In this document: piece by piece, positions 38,139 to 47,695 of the stretch
Numbering within the stretch: position 1 is the stretch's first letter
How the letters are laid out: every line of letters starts with the position of its first letter
Source: an uncultured Spirochaetaceae bacterium
GTDB lineage: Bacteria; Spirochaetota; Spirochaetia; SZUA-6; DRHE01
Reading direction: 5' to 3'
Assembly: GCA_964390045.1 (NCBI GenBank)
Contig: CAYMGP010000006.1
Span: forward strand, 15,003 to 79,002
Length of the DNA: 64,000 nt
The notes under the pieces: model-generated
Told to the model about the DNA's origin: nothing
Seen by the model: only the letters and a program-made list of their open reading frames with translations
The model's database searches: none
Program-made: the position numbers and the translations under genes

Positions 38139-38451
38139 TATTTTTATGCAATTATTTGCAATTACATACTCTATATGTTAAAACATTCTTAAAATAATTG
38201 TTGCACCGATTCCAAATTTGGTTTAAAATCGCATTTGAAAGATAGAGTTCGCGCTTCGGAAATTGTAATTGAACATCCGGGGTATCGACAATGAAGGGGG
38301 TTAATATTTCCATCTCTTGCGTACCACCCCATCCCACCTTCGGAGTACTACCATAAGCATAGAAATTCGCTTCGCCCGTTACCCCCGCCGCTGATTCTCA
38401 TTTTTTCGAGCGTAAACCCGTTTTTCAAAAAAATCTCAAGGAGGAATCGTC

Positions 38452-39603
38452 ATGAGAATTGAGAGACGTATCTTCACCGTTGCACTCGTGCTTGCCGTGC
38501 TTGTAGGCGCTGGCCTATGGGCAGGAGGCGGGCAGGAAGAAGCAGCGGTAAAAACCATCAAGGTAGGCTACACGGCCCCCTTTACCGGATCGGCAGCGGA
38601 GTTCGGCACGAACGGCTGGAGAGGGGTGCAGCTTGCCCTGGAGGACATCAACAAAGACGGAATTACCGTTGGCGGAGAAACCTACCACATCGAGATCGTG
38701 CGCTACGACAGCCGCTGCGAACCTACAGAGGCCGTGGCCAACATCCGCAAGATGGCTATGGAGGACAAGGTATTAGCCTTTATAGGTGACCACTGCAGCT
38801 CCTGCTGCATGGGCATCGCTCCCCTGGCCGACGAATTCAAGATTCCCGGTATCACCATCGAATGCGCCGCCAACGCGGTCACCAGCCCGGGCCACGATTA
38901 TTTCTTCCGTATGCGTCCCAGCATGGGCCTCATGGCTCCGCTGTTGAGCCCGAAAATCATCAAGCTGTACTCACCGAAAACCATGGGCTACCTGGCTATC
39001 AACGATGATTACGGACGTTCGTTCTGCGACATGTTCAAAGATGAGATGGGCGGTAAGGGGATAAAAACCATCACCGAGCAGTTCTTCGAGAGAGGAACTA
39101 CAGACTATATGGCCCTGCTCGGTAAGATCCGTAACGCCAACCCGGACGTCGTTTTCTACGTGGGCACCGCAGCCGAAGGAGCCATGATCCTGCGGCAGGC
39201 CAAAGAGCTGGGCATCACCCCGGGAATCAAGTTCGTTGGATCAGAAGAGATGAGCGAGAAGGAGATTCTCGAGCTGGCCGGCGCAGACGCCGTCGACGGG
39301 ACCTACTCAGTCGCTCTCTGGGGAAGCGTTCCGGCGGATTTCGAGAAGAGAGTCAAGGACAAGTTCAACGCTCCGATGCACTACGCCATCCTCTTCGGTT
39401 ATGACGCGATCACGGTTGTGGCCAAGGCTATCGAGAAAGCCAACTCCCTGGACTCGGTGAAGATCCGGGATGCGATCAAACAGACAGACTGGGAAGGCCT
39501 CGAAGGACACATCAAGTTCGAGGACTTCGAAGACTACAAGAACCAGGGACGCTACGAGCCTGCTTTCATCAAATGGGAGGGCAGCGACCGCGTCGCCCAG
39601 TAA
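38452..39603 (+). CDS. livK: Branched-chain amino acid ABC transporter substrate-binding protein (LivK/LivJ family)
   Basis: Signal peptide plus a type I periplasmic-binding fold (KVGYTAPFTGSAAEFG…). It is the first gene of the liv-type operon. Confidence 0.85.
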   Translation: MRIERRIFTVALVLAVLVGAGLWAGGGQEEAAVKTIKVGYTAPFTGSAAEFGTNGWRGVQLALEDINKDGITVGGETYHIEIVRYDSRCEPTEAVANIRKMAMEDKVLAFIGDHCSSCCMGIAPLADEFKIPGITIECAANAVTSPGHDYFFRMRPSMGLMAPLLSPKIIKLYSPKTMGYLAINDDYGRSFCDMFKDEMGGKGIKTITEQFFERGTTDYMALLGKIRNANPDVVFYVGTAAEGAMILRQAKELGITPGIKFVGSEEMSEKEILELAGADAVDGTYSVALWGSVPADFEKRVKDKFNAPMHYAILFGYDAITVVAKAIEKANSLDSVKIRDAIKQTDWEGLEGHIKFEDFEDYKNQGRYEPAFIKWEGSDRVAQ

Positions 39604-39638
39604 CCGGGTCTCTGAAACTCGACCGTACGGAAACGAAC

Positions 39639-39677
39639 AGTATTCAGGGGGGGCATTCCCCTGAATACTCTTTTCTT
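39639..39677 (+). terminator. Rho-independent terminator/attenuator between livK and livH
   Basis: GC-rich hairpin GTATTCAGGGG-GGGCATT-CCCCTGAATAC is followed by TCTTTTCTT. Confidence 0.5.
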
Positions 39678-39721
39678 ACACCCATATCTATATCTAGAGA
39701 AACTAAAGAGAGGAACTGAAT

Positions 39722-40570
39722 ATGTTCTTACAGCAACTCATCAACGGCATCATCATCGGGGCTTCCTACGCCCTGATCGCCCTGGGGTTGAACTTGATCT
39801 GGAGCATCACAGATATCCCTGACTTCTCCCAGGGCGGAATTTACGTGATTGCCGCCTACTTGGCCTATTTCGCCGTAAAACTGGCCAACCTTCCCTTTGT
39901 CGTCTCGCTGCTACTGGCCCTGCTCGTTGGAGCAGGCATAGCATTCGTCATCGAGCGTTTCCTATACAGGCGCTGGACCGAGCACGGACGGATACAGCTG
40001 CTCTGCGCTATCGCTTTGTTCTTTCTGCTCTCCAACATGGCAATCCTGCTCTGGACAGCCAAAACGAAGATTTTTCCTTCCTATCTTTCAGGAGGAATTA
40101 CGCTTGCCGGCTTTGCCGTGAGCTACCAGAGAATCGTAGTCCTGGCCGTAGCAGCAACACTGTTTGTCCTGGTCTACCTGTTCATCATGAATACGAAAAT
40201 GGGAAAAGCCATCCGGGCCGCCAGCCAGGACAGAGAAGCTGCCGAGGTTGTCGGAATCAACATCAGCACGGTGAACTCCGCGGTATTCATGATCGGGGGA
40301 GCTCTTTCCGGAACCGCCGCAGCGCTGATCTCTCCACTGTACTCGGTGTTTCCCACCATGGGGGATCTACCCCTCTTGAAATCGCTGGTAGTTGTGATTT
40401 TGGGGGGGTTCGGCAGTGTTGCCGGGGTTCTGATCGGCGGATTAGGCCTCGGCATCGTGGAAAGCCTGGGAGGAGTATACATCTCGGCAGCCTACCAGCA
40501 CGGATTTACATTCATCGTGCTAATCCTGGTACTGCTGTTCTTTCCTAAAGGCCTTTTCGGGAGGGTATAA
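39722..40570 (+). CDS. livH: Branched-chain amino acid ABC permease LivH
   Basis: LivH-like 8-TM permease; its position in the operon is consistent. Confidence 0.85.
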   Translation: MFLQQLINGIIIGASYALIALGLNLIWSITDIPDFSQGGIYVIAAYLAYFAVKLANLPFVVSLLLALLVGAGIAFVIERFLYRRWTEHGRIQLLCAIALFFLLSNMAILLWTAKTKIFPSYLSGGITLAGFAVSYQRIVVLAVAATLFVLVYLFIMNTKMGKAIRAASQDREAAEVVGINISTVNSAVFMIGGALSGTAAALISPLYSVFPTMGDLPLLKSLVVVILGGFGSVAGVLIGGLGLGIVESLGGVYISAAYQHGFTFIVLILVLLFFPKGLFGRV

Positions 40571-40573
40571 GCA

Positions 40574-41551
40574 ATGACAGACACAACATTAGGCAAAACT
40601 CAGAAACAAAAGAAAACGCGTATCCGCACTCTCATTATTCTGGCTGTGGTGCTCGTGGCACTCGCTTTGCTTCCTCAGGTCACCTCGGAATACATAACCT
40701 ATGTGGCTGTACTGGCCATCATCTACGCGATACTCACGGGAAGCTACGATCTGACCACCGGTTATACTGGACCACTGACCTTCTGTCATGGAGCCTTCTA
40801 TGGAATTGGAGCGTACGCTTCTGCGCTGCTCACCCTCAAGGCTGGCTTTCCCTTCTGGTTAGCCTTTCCACTCAGCGGAATCATGGTATTTATCTTTGCC
40901 GCCATCATAGGCTATCCCGGACTACGTTTGAAGGGCCACTACTTCGCCGTGACAACATTCTTCTTCGGCCACTTCATCTATCTGGTGATCCTTAACTCCG
41001 TAACGCTGACCAACGGGCCGATGGGCTTGCGCAACATTCCGCCGCCGGAGGGCTTCCTGGGTATCTCTTTCACCAGCCTGAATTCCAGCTACTACCTCAT
41101 CCTGATCTTCGGGATCATTGCTGTGGCCTTTCTCTATCTTCTGGTTCACTCCGGAGTCGGCAAGATATTGATCTCGATCCGGGAAAACGAGGAACTTTCA
41201 CAGGCAATCGGGATCAACACATCCTTCTACAAGGTCTTGGCCTTCAGCATCGGTGCCGGTATCGCCGGTCTCACGGGAAGCCTGTTCGCCCACTTTTTCC
41301 GCCTGCTCCATCCTACAACCTTCGCCTGGATGACGTCGGAAATGGTGGTGATCATGGCTCTGGTCGGAGGATTGGGAACTTTGATCGGTCCGATCATCGG
41401 TGCAGGGATCGTGACCCTCATCCTCGAGCTCATGCGCTTCGCTCCCGAGTTCCGTTTCATCATCTGGTCCGTGGCCCTAATCGCTATTCTTATCATCGAG
41501 CCGCGGGGTCTGATGGGCTTGGTACGCAGGATACAGGGAGGCAAAAAATGA
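40574..41551 (+). CDS. livM: Branched-chain amino acid ABC permease LivM
   Basis: LivM-like permease. 4-bp overlap with livG. Confidence 0.85.
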   Translation: MTDTTLGKTQKQKKTRIRTLIILAVVLVALALLPQVTSEYITYVAVLAIIYAILTGSYDLTTGYTGPLTFCHGAFYGIGAYASALLTLKAGFPFWLAFPLSGIMVFIFAAIIGYPGLRLKGHYFAVTTFFFGHFIYLVILNSVTLTNGPMGLRNIPPPEGFLGISFTSLNSSYYLILIFGIIAVAFLYLLVHSGVGKILISIRENEELSQAIGINTSFYKVLAFSIGAGIAGLTGSLFAHFFRLLHPTTFAWMTSEMVVIMALVGGLGTLIGPIIGAGIVTLILELMRFAPEFRFIIWSVALIAILIIEPRGLMGLVRRIQGGKK

Positions 41552-42288
41552 GCACCATACTAGAGGTCAAGAACCTGCGCAAAGAGTTCGGCGGGGTGGT
41601 GGCCGTTGACGACAACAACTTCACCGTCCAGCAAGGAGAGCGCCTGGGAATCATCGGTCCCAACGGTGCAGGCAAGACAACCACCTTCAACATGATCGCC
41701 GGCTATTTCAAACCGACATCGGGAACCATCGCCTTCGAGGGAAGGAAAATCAGCAGCCTCAAGCCCCATAGGATCTCCCAGCTGGGAATCGGCAGGACTT
41801 TTCAGATCGCCCGAGCCTTCGGTGAGATGACCGTCTACGATCATGTGCTGACAGGCTTACTGGCCCACGATTTTCATTTCCGCCCCACCGCCGATCAGAT
41901 AGGAGAAGTCGAAAATATACTGCAGCTGACCAAGCTGATCCCATTCAGGGACAACTTGGTAAAGAATCTCACCATCGCATCCCAGCGGCGCATCGTGCTG
42001 GCCACGGCTCTGGCGACAAAACCAAAGCTGCTGCTTCTCGACGAGCTGATGGCCGGGCTGACCTTCGTCGAGATAGACGAAACCCTGGAGGAGCTGCGTA
42101 GGATCAACGAACAGATGGGGATAACACTGATCGTGGTGGAGCACGTAATGAAGGCAATCATGCAGCTCTGCCAGCGAATCATCGTACTCAACTACGGGCA
42201 GATCATCGCCGAAGGGACGCCGAAGGAGGTGGCCAACAACAAAATGGTTATCGAGGCATATCTCGGGGAGGAAGAGACCTATGCTTGA
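41548..42288 (+). CDS. livG: Branched-chain amino acid ABC ATPase LivG
   Basis: Walker A is GPNGAGKTT, LivG-like. Confidence 0.85.
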   Translation: MSTILEVKNLRKEFGGVVAVDDNNFTVQQGERLGIIGPNGAGKTTTFNMIAGYFKPTSGTIAFEGRKISSLKPHRISQLGIGRTFQIARAFGEMTVYDHVLTGLLAHDFHFRPTADQIGEVENILQLTKLIPFRDNLVKNLTIASQRRIVLATALATKPKLLLLDELMAGLTFVEIDETLEELRRINEQMGITLIVVEHVMKAIMQLCQRIIVLNYGQIIAEGTPKEVANNKMVIEAYLGEEETYA

Positions 42289-42985
42289 AGTAGACAAAAT
42301 CAACACCGGGTATGGAGGGATACAGGTCCTCTGGGATATCTCCCTGAAGGTTGATGAGGGGGAGTTCGTGGCTATCGTCGGCGCCAATGGCGCGGGGAAA
42401 TCTACCCTCTTGAAAACTATCGCCGGCATTCACGGCCAAACCAGCGGGGCTATCAGCTTCGAAAACGAACGGATTGAAGCCCTGCCGGCGCACAGCGTTG
42501 TTGCTCGGGGAATCGCCATGGTACCGGAAGGCCGCCGCCTTTTCCCCTACATGACGGTGAAAGAAAACCTGGAAATGGGAGCCTTCACCGTCAAAGATCC
42601 GGAAAAGGTGCAGAAAAACATGCAGTGGGTTTTCGGCCTGTTTCCCAAGCTCGAAGAACGGCAGAAACAGATGGCCGGAACCTTCAGCGGCGGGGAACAG
42701 CAGATGCTGACCATCGGCCGAGCTCTCATGTCCCGGCCGCGCTTTCTCATGCTCGATGAACCTTCATTGGGATTGCAGCCCAATATCGTAACCAATGTGT
42801 TCAAATCGATGAAAATCCTGCACGGCGAGGGCGTCACCATTCTGCTGGTCGAGCAAAACGTGAGAAAGAGCCTGGAAATCGCCCAGCGGGGATACGTTCT
42901 CGAGCACGGACATGTGGTAATGAGTGGAGAGAGCAGCGAGCTGCTGCAGGACGAAGGAGTCAGAAAGGCTTATCTCGGTATCTGA
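42281..42985 (+). CDS. livF: Branched-chain amino acid ABC ATPase LivF
   Basis: Walker A is GANGAGKST, signature is FSGGEQQ, Walker B is FLMLDEPS. Confidence 0.85.
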   Translation: MLEVDKINTGYGGIQVLWDISLKVDEGEFVAIVGANGAGKSTLLKTIAGIHGQTSGAISFENERIEALPAHSVVARGIAMVPEGRRLFPYMTVKENLEMGAFTVKDPEKVQKNMQWVFGLFPKLEERQKQMAGTFSGGEQQMLTIGRALMSRPRFLMLDEPSLGLQPNIVTNVFKSMKILHGEGVTILLVEQNVRKSLEIAQRGYVLEHGHVVMSGESSELLQDEGVRKAYLGI

Positions 42986-43036
42986 GAGAGAAGCGGGCGG
43001 TGTAACAACGCTCTCGGTTTACACTATACTCACGTC

Positions 43037-44116
43037 ATGAACAATGACGCCATCCGGGTGGCCACGCCCGAAGACAACCCCCGTTTGATCGAGCTGGAGC
43101 GCTCCAGCCCGCAAGGTACCCGGCTGCGCATCTACTCGGAACGCCGGGATTACTTCTTCCGCTCCACTCTCTACGGAAATCAGTACACTCTGGTGGCCGT
43201 GGACACCCAAGCAGATCGACTGATCGGTGTAATGGCCGGCACCCTCAAAGAAGTGCTTTTGGACGGCAAGCCCAACCTGGCAGCCTACTTCTACGATTTG
43301 CGCCTTCACCCGGACTACCGGCGCACCGTGCTCGGCAGGCACATGCTGGGGGTCTGGAATCGAATGGACCGCTGGGCCGAGGAAAGCGGGGCCGCCCTTA
43401 TGTACGGTCTGGTCAAGGGTGACAATGACACGATGATCGGTTTCCAGCGAAAAAAGAAAGACTATCGCTTCGCAGGCAAACAGATCGTGCTCAGCCGGCC
43501 CGTATACAGAACAAAGAAGCTTCGTCGCCTTCCTGAAGAGCTCAGCCTGGAAAAAATCAATAGCGTCATTGCACCCAAAGTCTGGCGAGCTTACGGCACC
43601 TGCCAGTTCTTCCCCGTCGCCTTCAAAAACTGCTATCTAACCGCTGAGATGGTCGCCTCCGGGCTGTTCTCCTGTTTCACCCTACGGGAAAGGAATTCTT
43701 TCGCCTCGATCGGCCTTTTCCGGGTCGGTCGGGCCATGCGTACAAGGGTGATCCGGCTTCCCTGGTACTACAAGCTTCTTAAACCTATCTGTGACGGCCT
43801 TCGCTTCGCTGTTACCCTCCCTCGAATTCCGGAAGAAGGCGGCCACATTTCCTACTGCCATGTATTCAACCATCTTGCAGAAGGTCCGGGGGGATTGGCT
43901 CTCTGGCACGAGCTTCTGGCCCATGCCAACAACCTCGCCTTCCAGGAAGGGGCTTCTCTGCTGACCTCGGCTTTCGACGAGAACGACAGCTTACTGCCCT
44001 ACTATCAGAAAGGTTCGTTGAACAGGATCGAGTATCTTCTTGGGTACAAGCCTTTCCGCAAGGATGTGCCTGAAATCATGACTCCCTACTACCCGGACGT
44101 ACGGGATATGAACTAG
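43037..44116 (+). CDS. Hypothetical protein, possible GNAT-like acyltransferase fold
   Basis: A 359-aa ORF with GC-rich third-position bias. Only weak resemblance to an acetyltransferase fold in the first ~150 aa. Confidence 0.45.
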   Translation: MNNDAIRVATPEDNPRLIELERSSPQGTRLRIYSERRDYFFRSTLYGNQYTLVAVDTQADRLIGVMAGTLKEVLLDGKPNLAAYFYDLRLHPDYRRTVLGRHMLGVWNRMDRWAEESGAALMYGLVKGDNDTMIGFQRKKKDYRFAGKQIVLSRPVYRTKKLRRLPEELSLEKINSVIAPKVWRAYGTCQFFPVAFKNCYLTAEMVASGLFSCFTLRERNSFASIGLFRVGRAMRTRVIRLPWYYKLLKPICDGLRFAVTLPRIPEEGGHISYCHVFNHLAEGPGGLALWHELLAHANNLAFQEGASLLTSAFDENDSLLPYYQKGSLNRIEYLLGYKPFRKDVPEIMTPYYPDVRDMN

Positions 44117-45447
44117 CTCGATCCCCCTGCCCTCTTTGTACACAGGCGGATGGCTGCATAGAAAGCCCCCGCAGCCACCCAGACGAAGAAAATCCCCAGA
44201 AAGAGAAAACCGTTTTTGTGGCTGCTTAAATCGACAAGGAGGATCGCAATTACCAGAAGACAGAGCAGCAACCCGGCAGCCGGCGCCAAGAAGTAGAGGA
44301 AACCTTTCAGCTGCAAGGTCGAGCGCTCGTATATTTCCGGGTGATGCCCCCGCAGACGCAGGGCTGCTCCCATTACCGGTATAAAAATGATGATTCCTCC
44401 CAAAGAAGCGAATACGGCGAAGGTCTCCACCCTGTCCCCCGCGACGATTAAAGCCGTCGAGGAAACGATAAATATGATGATCAGGAACCAGTGGGGTGTG
44501 CCGAAACGTCGGTTGACCCTGGCCAGGCCTTGAGGAAACAGACCGTCTTCGCTTATCAGGATCAGACTCTTGGTTCCCCACAGATAGGTCGCGTTGAGCG
44601 TGGTGGCGACAGCGAGGAATCCTCCTCCAACTATGAAAAAGACGAAAAACGGCCCCTGAAGAAAAGCGGCGGCGATCGTAGACAGAGAGCTGTCCGCCCA
44701 GCTGTTCCAAGGAGCGAGCCCCGCGGCAACGATTCCGATAACAACGTAGATCAGGGTAACGATCGGGATCGAGATGAGAAACGAACGCGGTATATTTTTC
44801 GCCGGATCTATAATTTCATCTCCCAGCTCTACGGCGGCATTGGCTCCCAGAATCGTAAAGGTCAAAATTGCAGAAGCCACCAAAAAACCGCTCAGACCGC
44901 CGGGGAAAAGCGGCGAGAAGTGCTGTAGCGAGAGCTGTGGCAGACCCGTTCCCATGAACAAAAGCAAGGCGATCAGCAGCACGCCTACCAGGATCGCCTG
45001 AACCCAGATGGCGATCTTGGCTCCGAGCAGATTGGTTACAAAAAAAACAGCCAGGAGAAGCAAGGCAACGGGAAGCTTCGGCAGCCCCGGGATCACAGCC
45101 TGCAGAAAGGTGGCGCCTGTCAGGGCATAGAGGGGAAACATGCCCAGCACAGCCCCTAAAATATAAGCCCAAACGCCTGTGAAAGAAGCCACCGGAGAGA
45201 AAAAGCGGGATCCGTAGTAGTAAGTGCCACCCGATATCGGCTCAGCGGAGGCCAGCATGGCCAACACAGCCATGGCCAGTGCCACGGGAACCGCCGCGCC
45301 CAGAAAGGCAAGAAACAGTGAAGGACCCGTCATGGCCAGGGCCAAACCTGTAAGAGCAAAGATACCCGCGCCAATGGATTGTCCTACCTCGATGCCTACC
45401 AGATGAAGCAACGAAATAGTTCGCTTCAGATGTTGACGCTCTGACAT
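44113..45447 (-). CDS. APC-family amino acid permease
   Basis: 12 TM helices in the APC pattern. The start was chosen at MSERQHLK, which has a GGGGGAGAAGGG ribosome-binding site upstream. Confidence 0.75.
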   Translation of the reverse strand: MSERQHLKRTISLLHLVGIEVGQSIGAGIFALTGLALAMTGPSLFLAFLGAAVPVALAMAVLAMLASAEPISGGTYYYGSRFFSPVASFTGVWAYILGAVLGMFPLYALTGATFLQAVIPGLPKLPVALLLLAVFFVTNLLGAKIAIWVQAILVGVLLIALLLFMGTGLPQLSLQHFSPLFPGGLSGFLVASAILTFTILGANAAVELGDEIIDPAKNIPRSFLISIPIVTLIYVVIGIVAAGLAPWNSWADSSLSTIAAAFLQGPFFVFFIVGGGFLAVATTLNATYLWGTKSLILISEDGLFPQGLARVNRRFGTPHWFLIIIFIVSSTALIVAGDRVETFAVFASLGGIIIFIPVMGAALRLRGHHPEIYERSTLQLKGFLYFLAPAAGLLLCLLVIAILLVDLSSHKNGFLFLGIFFVWVAAGAFYAAIRLCTKRAGGSS

Positions 45448-45460
45448 CCCTTCTCCCCCT

Positions 45461-46319
45461 TCAATCCGGCAGGTTTTCAATAATCGTCTCGAAAGCTAGT
45501 CTGTGCATCCGCAGCCGGTCGCGCATAGCGACAACGGTCGGAGTCTCGATCGTATAGACCAGGTCGCTGTGCTTGAGCTTGAGATAGTTTGTAATGCTCA
45601 GTTGTCGGGTCAGACGCATATACATCAGGCCCCCACCTTGGAGCGTCGATCAATCCGTCCTTAGTATGCAGGATGACCATATGCACATCCTGCTCTATCG
45701 GGTAGCCGAGATCTCGAATTTTTGAGATGACCTCCCTGCTCACAGACTGGTCCCTTTTGGCATACTGATAGAGGTAAAATCCGCAAGCGTCCGGATCCTC
45801 ATGATGATCGATCACCAGATCGTACTCAGCCGATTCGAACACCTGCCTCATGATCTGCGCCTCCTGCGTCTCGAAGGAGGCAAAATCACGGTTGATGTCT
45901 CTGCCATCCTTGTTGAAGCGGATGTCACGGCTCCAACCCCAGGGATTGACCACGGGAACCAGATCAAAGGCGCAGTAAGGATAGAGCTCCGGGTTCTCGG
46001 CCAAAAGGGTAATCAGCTCCACCATCCAGGCTGCCCCAGCCGGCTCATTGCCGTGTACTCCGCCCGTTATGAGAATTCTTTTTCGTATCTCAAGCGGCTG
46101 GAAGCGGACTACCCAAAGCGGCGCGCGAAAGCCGTCGTAAGCCACCTGTCCCGCGGTTTCGAGGCTCAAGCGCTCCGTACCGGCGCACAACTCTGCGAGC
46201 TTCGAGCCCATAGCCGCCGGATCTCTGATTTGATCCTCGGCACCCGAGAAAGGTTCCCGGTGGCCGCTGGCACATCCGAGAAGGAGAATAAAAACAGGGA
46301 TTACAAGCAACCTCTTCAT
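45461..46319 (-). pseudogene. M14-family zinc carboxypeptidase lipoprotein gene interrupted by a -1 frameshift at a C5/G5 run
   Basis: Lipobox is LLLGCAS; zinc-carboxypeptidase motif is GGVHGNEPAG. After …HTKDGLIDAP the annotated frame becomes low-complexity with AT-rich third positions. The -1 frame continues with a protein-like, GC3-rich sequence (GGLMYMRLTRQLSITNYLKLKHSDLVYTIETPTVVAMRDRLRMHRLAFETIIENLPD*) ending at 45461. The shift maps to the C5 run near 45630–45634. Confidence 0.55.
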
Positions 46320-46422
46320 CGGAGCTATTCTACGGTGGGCTCAAAGAAGAGACAAGTTTTTTTCAGAACATTTGCTGCCGAGCGGCCGCCGTGTATATAT
46401 TCTGAAACAAGGAGTGCTGCCC

Positions 46423-47685
46423 GTGAATCCCCGAATCGTACTGATACTGTTTTTCTCGCTCTTGGCCCTTGATCTGGTTTGGCAGCAGTTGCTTCTCTGG
46501 CTCAATTTGAATCGTTTGAGATCCAGCAAAAACAAACCACCGGCTACGGCGGTCGAGATCTGGGGTGGAGAGGACTACCTGCGGTCGATCAAATACAGCA
46601 TCAGCAGGTCCCGCCTGGCAATGGTTTCCTCGCTGGTAGGAACCGGGCTCATCGTTGTCCTGGTCACAAACGGATGGCTGGGTACATTGCATGCTTGGAT
46701 TTCCACACTTGTGCCGGGCCCGATCGTTCAGGGTATTCTTTATGTGTATCTGGTAGCCCTGATTTTCGGGATTGCTTCACTGCCTGCAAGTCTGTTTTCA
46801 CAGTTCGTCATAGAAGAACGCTTCGGCTTCAATCGCATGACCTGGAAGCTCTATCTGATCGACGCTTTGAAGAGTCTGCTTCTGTCCGTGCTGCTCATGA
46901 CGCCACTTCTGGCTGCGTTGTTCTGGTTGGTACGCTCCAGCGATCTTTGGTGGCTTTGGGCTTTCCTGCTGTTCACCGGCTTTCAGCTGGTAATCGTCGT
47001 TGTCTATCCCATGTTGATCGCGCCGCTATTCAACAAGTTCGCCCCTCTCGAACAAGGACCACTTCGTGATAAAATTGTTGCTTTAGCCGAACGGTTGAAT
47101 TTCAGGACCCGGGGCATCTTCGTCATGGACGGCAGCAAGAGAAGCGGTCACGCCAACGCTTTTTTCAGCGGGCTCGGCCGGGTGAAAAGAATCGTGCTCT
47201 TCGACACGCTCATCGGTAGATTGGATGAAAACCAGGTAGCCGGTGTCCTGGCCCATGAAATCGGTCACCAGAAGCTGGGGCATATTCTCAAACGGTTGGC
47301 CGTGTCCCTGCCATCGGGCCTGATCGGATTTTATATCCTGAGCCGCCTTCTTAATTTTCCTCCCCTGTTCGAAGCTTTCGGTTTCAACACAATCAGCGCT
47401 GCGGCTGCATTAGTACTGATTCTGTACTTCTCGGGTCCCTTTACCTTTTTTCTCAAGCCGTTGTCTTCCTGGTGGTCCCGGCGCCACGAATACCAGGCGG
47501 ATCGCTTCGTGCGAACTAAAACCGAATACGGCGATGCCTTCGTAGAAGCCCTAAAGAAGCTGAGCAGGGACAACTTGAGCAACCCGATTCCTCATCCCCT
47601 GTACAGTTTCTACCACTTCTCGCATCCTACGACCCTGGAGCGGATCGCAAACCTGGGAGAGAAAGCCGACGACGCGCCGCAGTAG
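46423..47685 (+). CDS. M48-family (Ste24/HtpX-like) zinc metalloprotease, membrane-bound
   Basis: HEIGH (HExxH) motif with several TM helices. A GTG start has an AAGGAG ribosome-binding site 8 nt upstream. Confidence 0.75.
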   Translation: MNPRIVLILFFSLLALDLVWQQLLLWLNLNRLRSSKNKPPATAVEIWGGEDYLRSIKYSISRSRLAMVSSLVGTGLIVVLVTNGWLGTLHAWISTLVPGPIVQGILYVYLVALIFGIASLPASLFSQFVIEERFGFNRMTWKLYLIDALKSLLLSVLLMTPLLAALFWLVRSSDLWWLWAFLLFTGFQLVIVVVYPMLIAPLFNKFAPLEQGPLRDKIVALAERLNFRTRGIFVMDGSKRSGHANAFFSGLGRVKRIVLFDTLIGRLDENQVAGVLAHEIGHQKLGHILKRLAVSLPSGLIGFYILSRLLNFPPLFEAFGFNTISAAAALVLILYFSGPFTFFLKPLSSWWSRRHEYQADRFVRTKTEYGDAFVEALKKLSRDNLSNPIPHPLYSFYHFSHPTTLERIANLGEKADDAPQ

Positions 47686-47695
47686 TATTGGCTTG

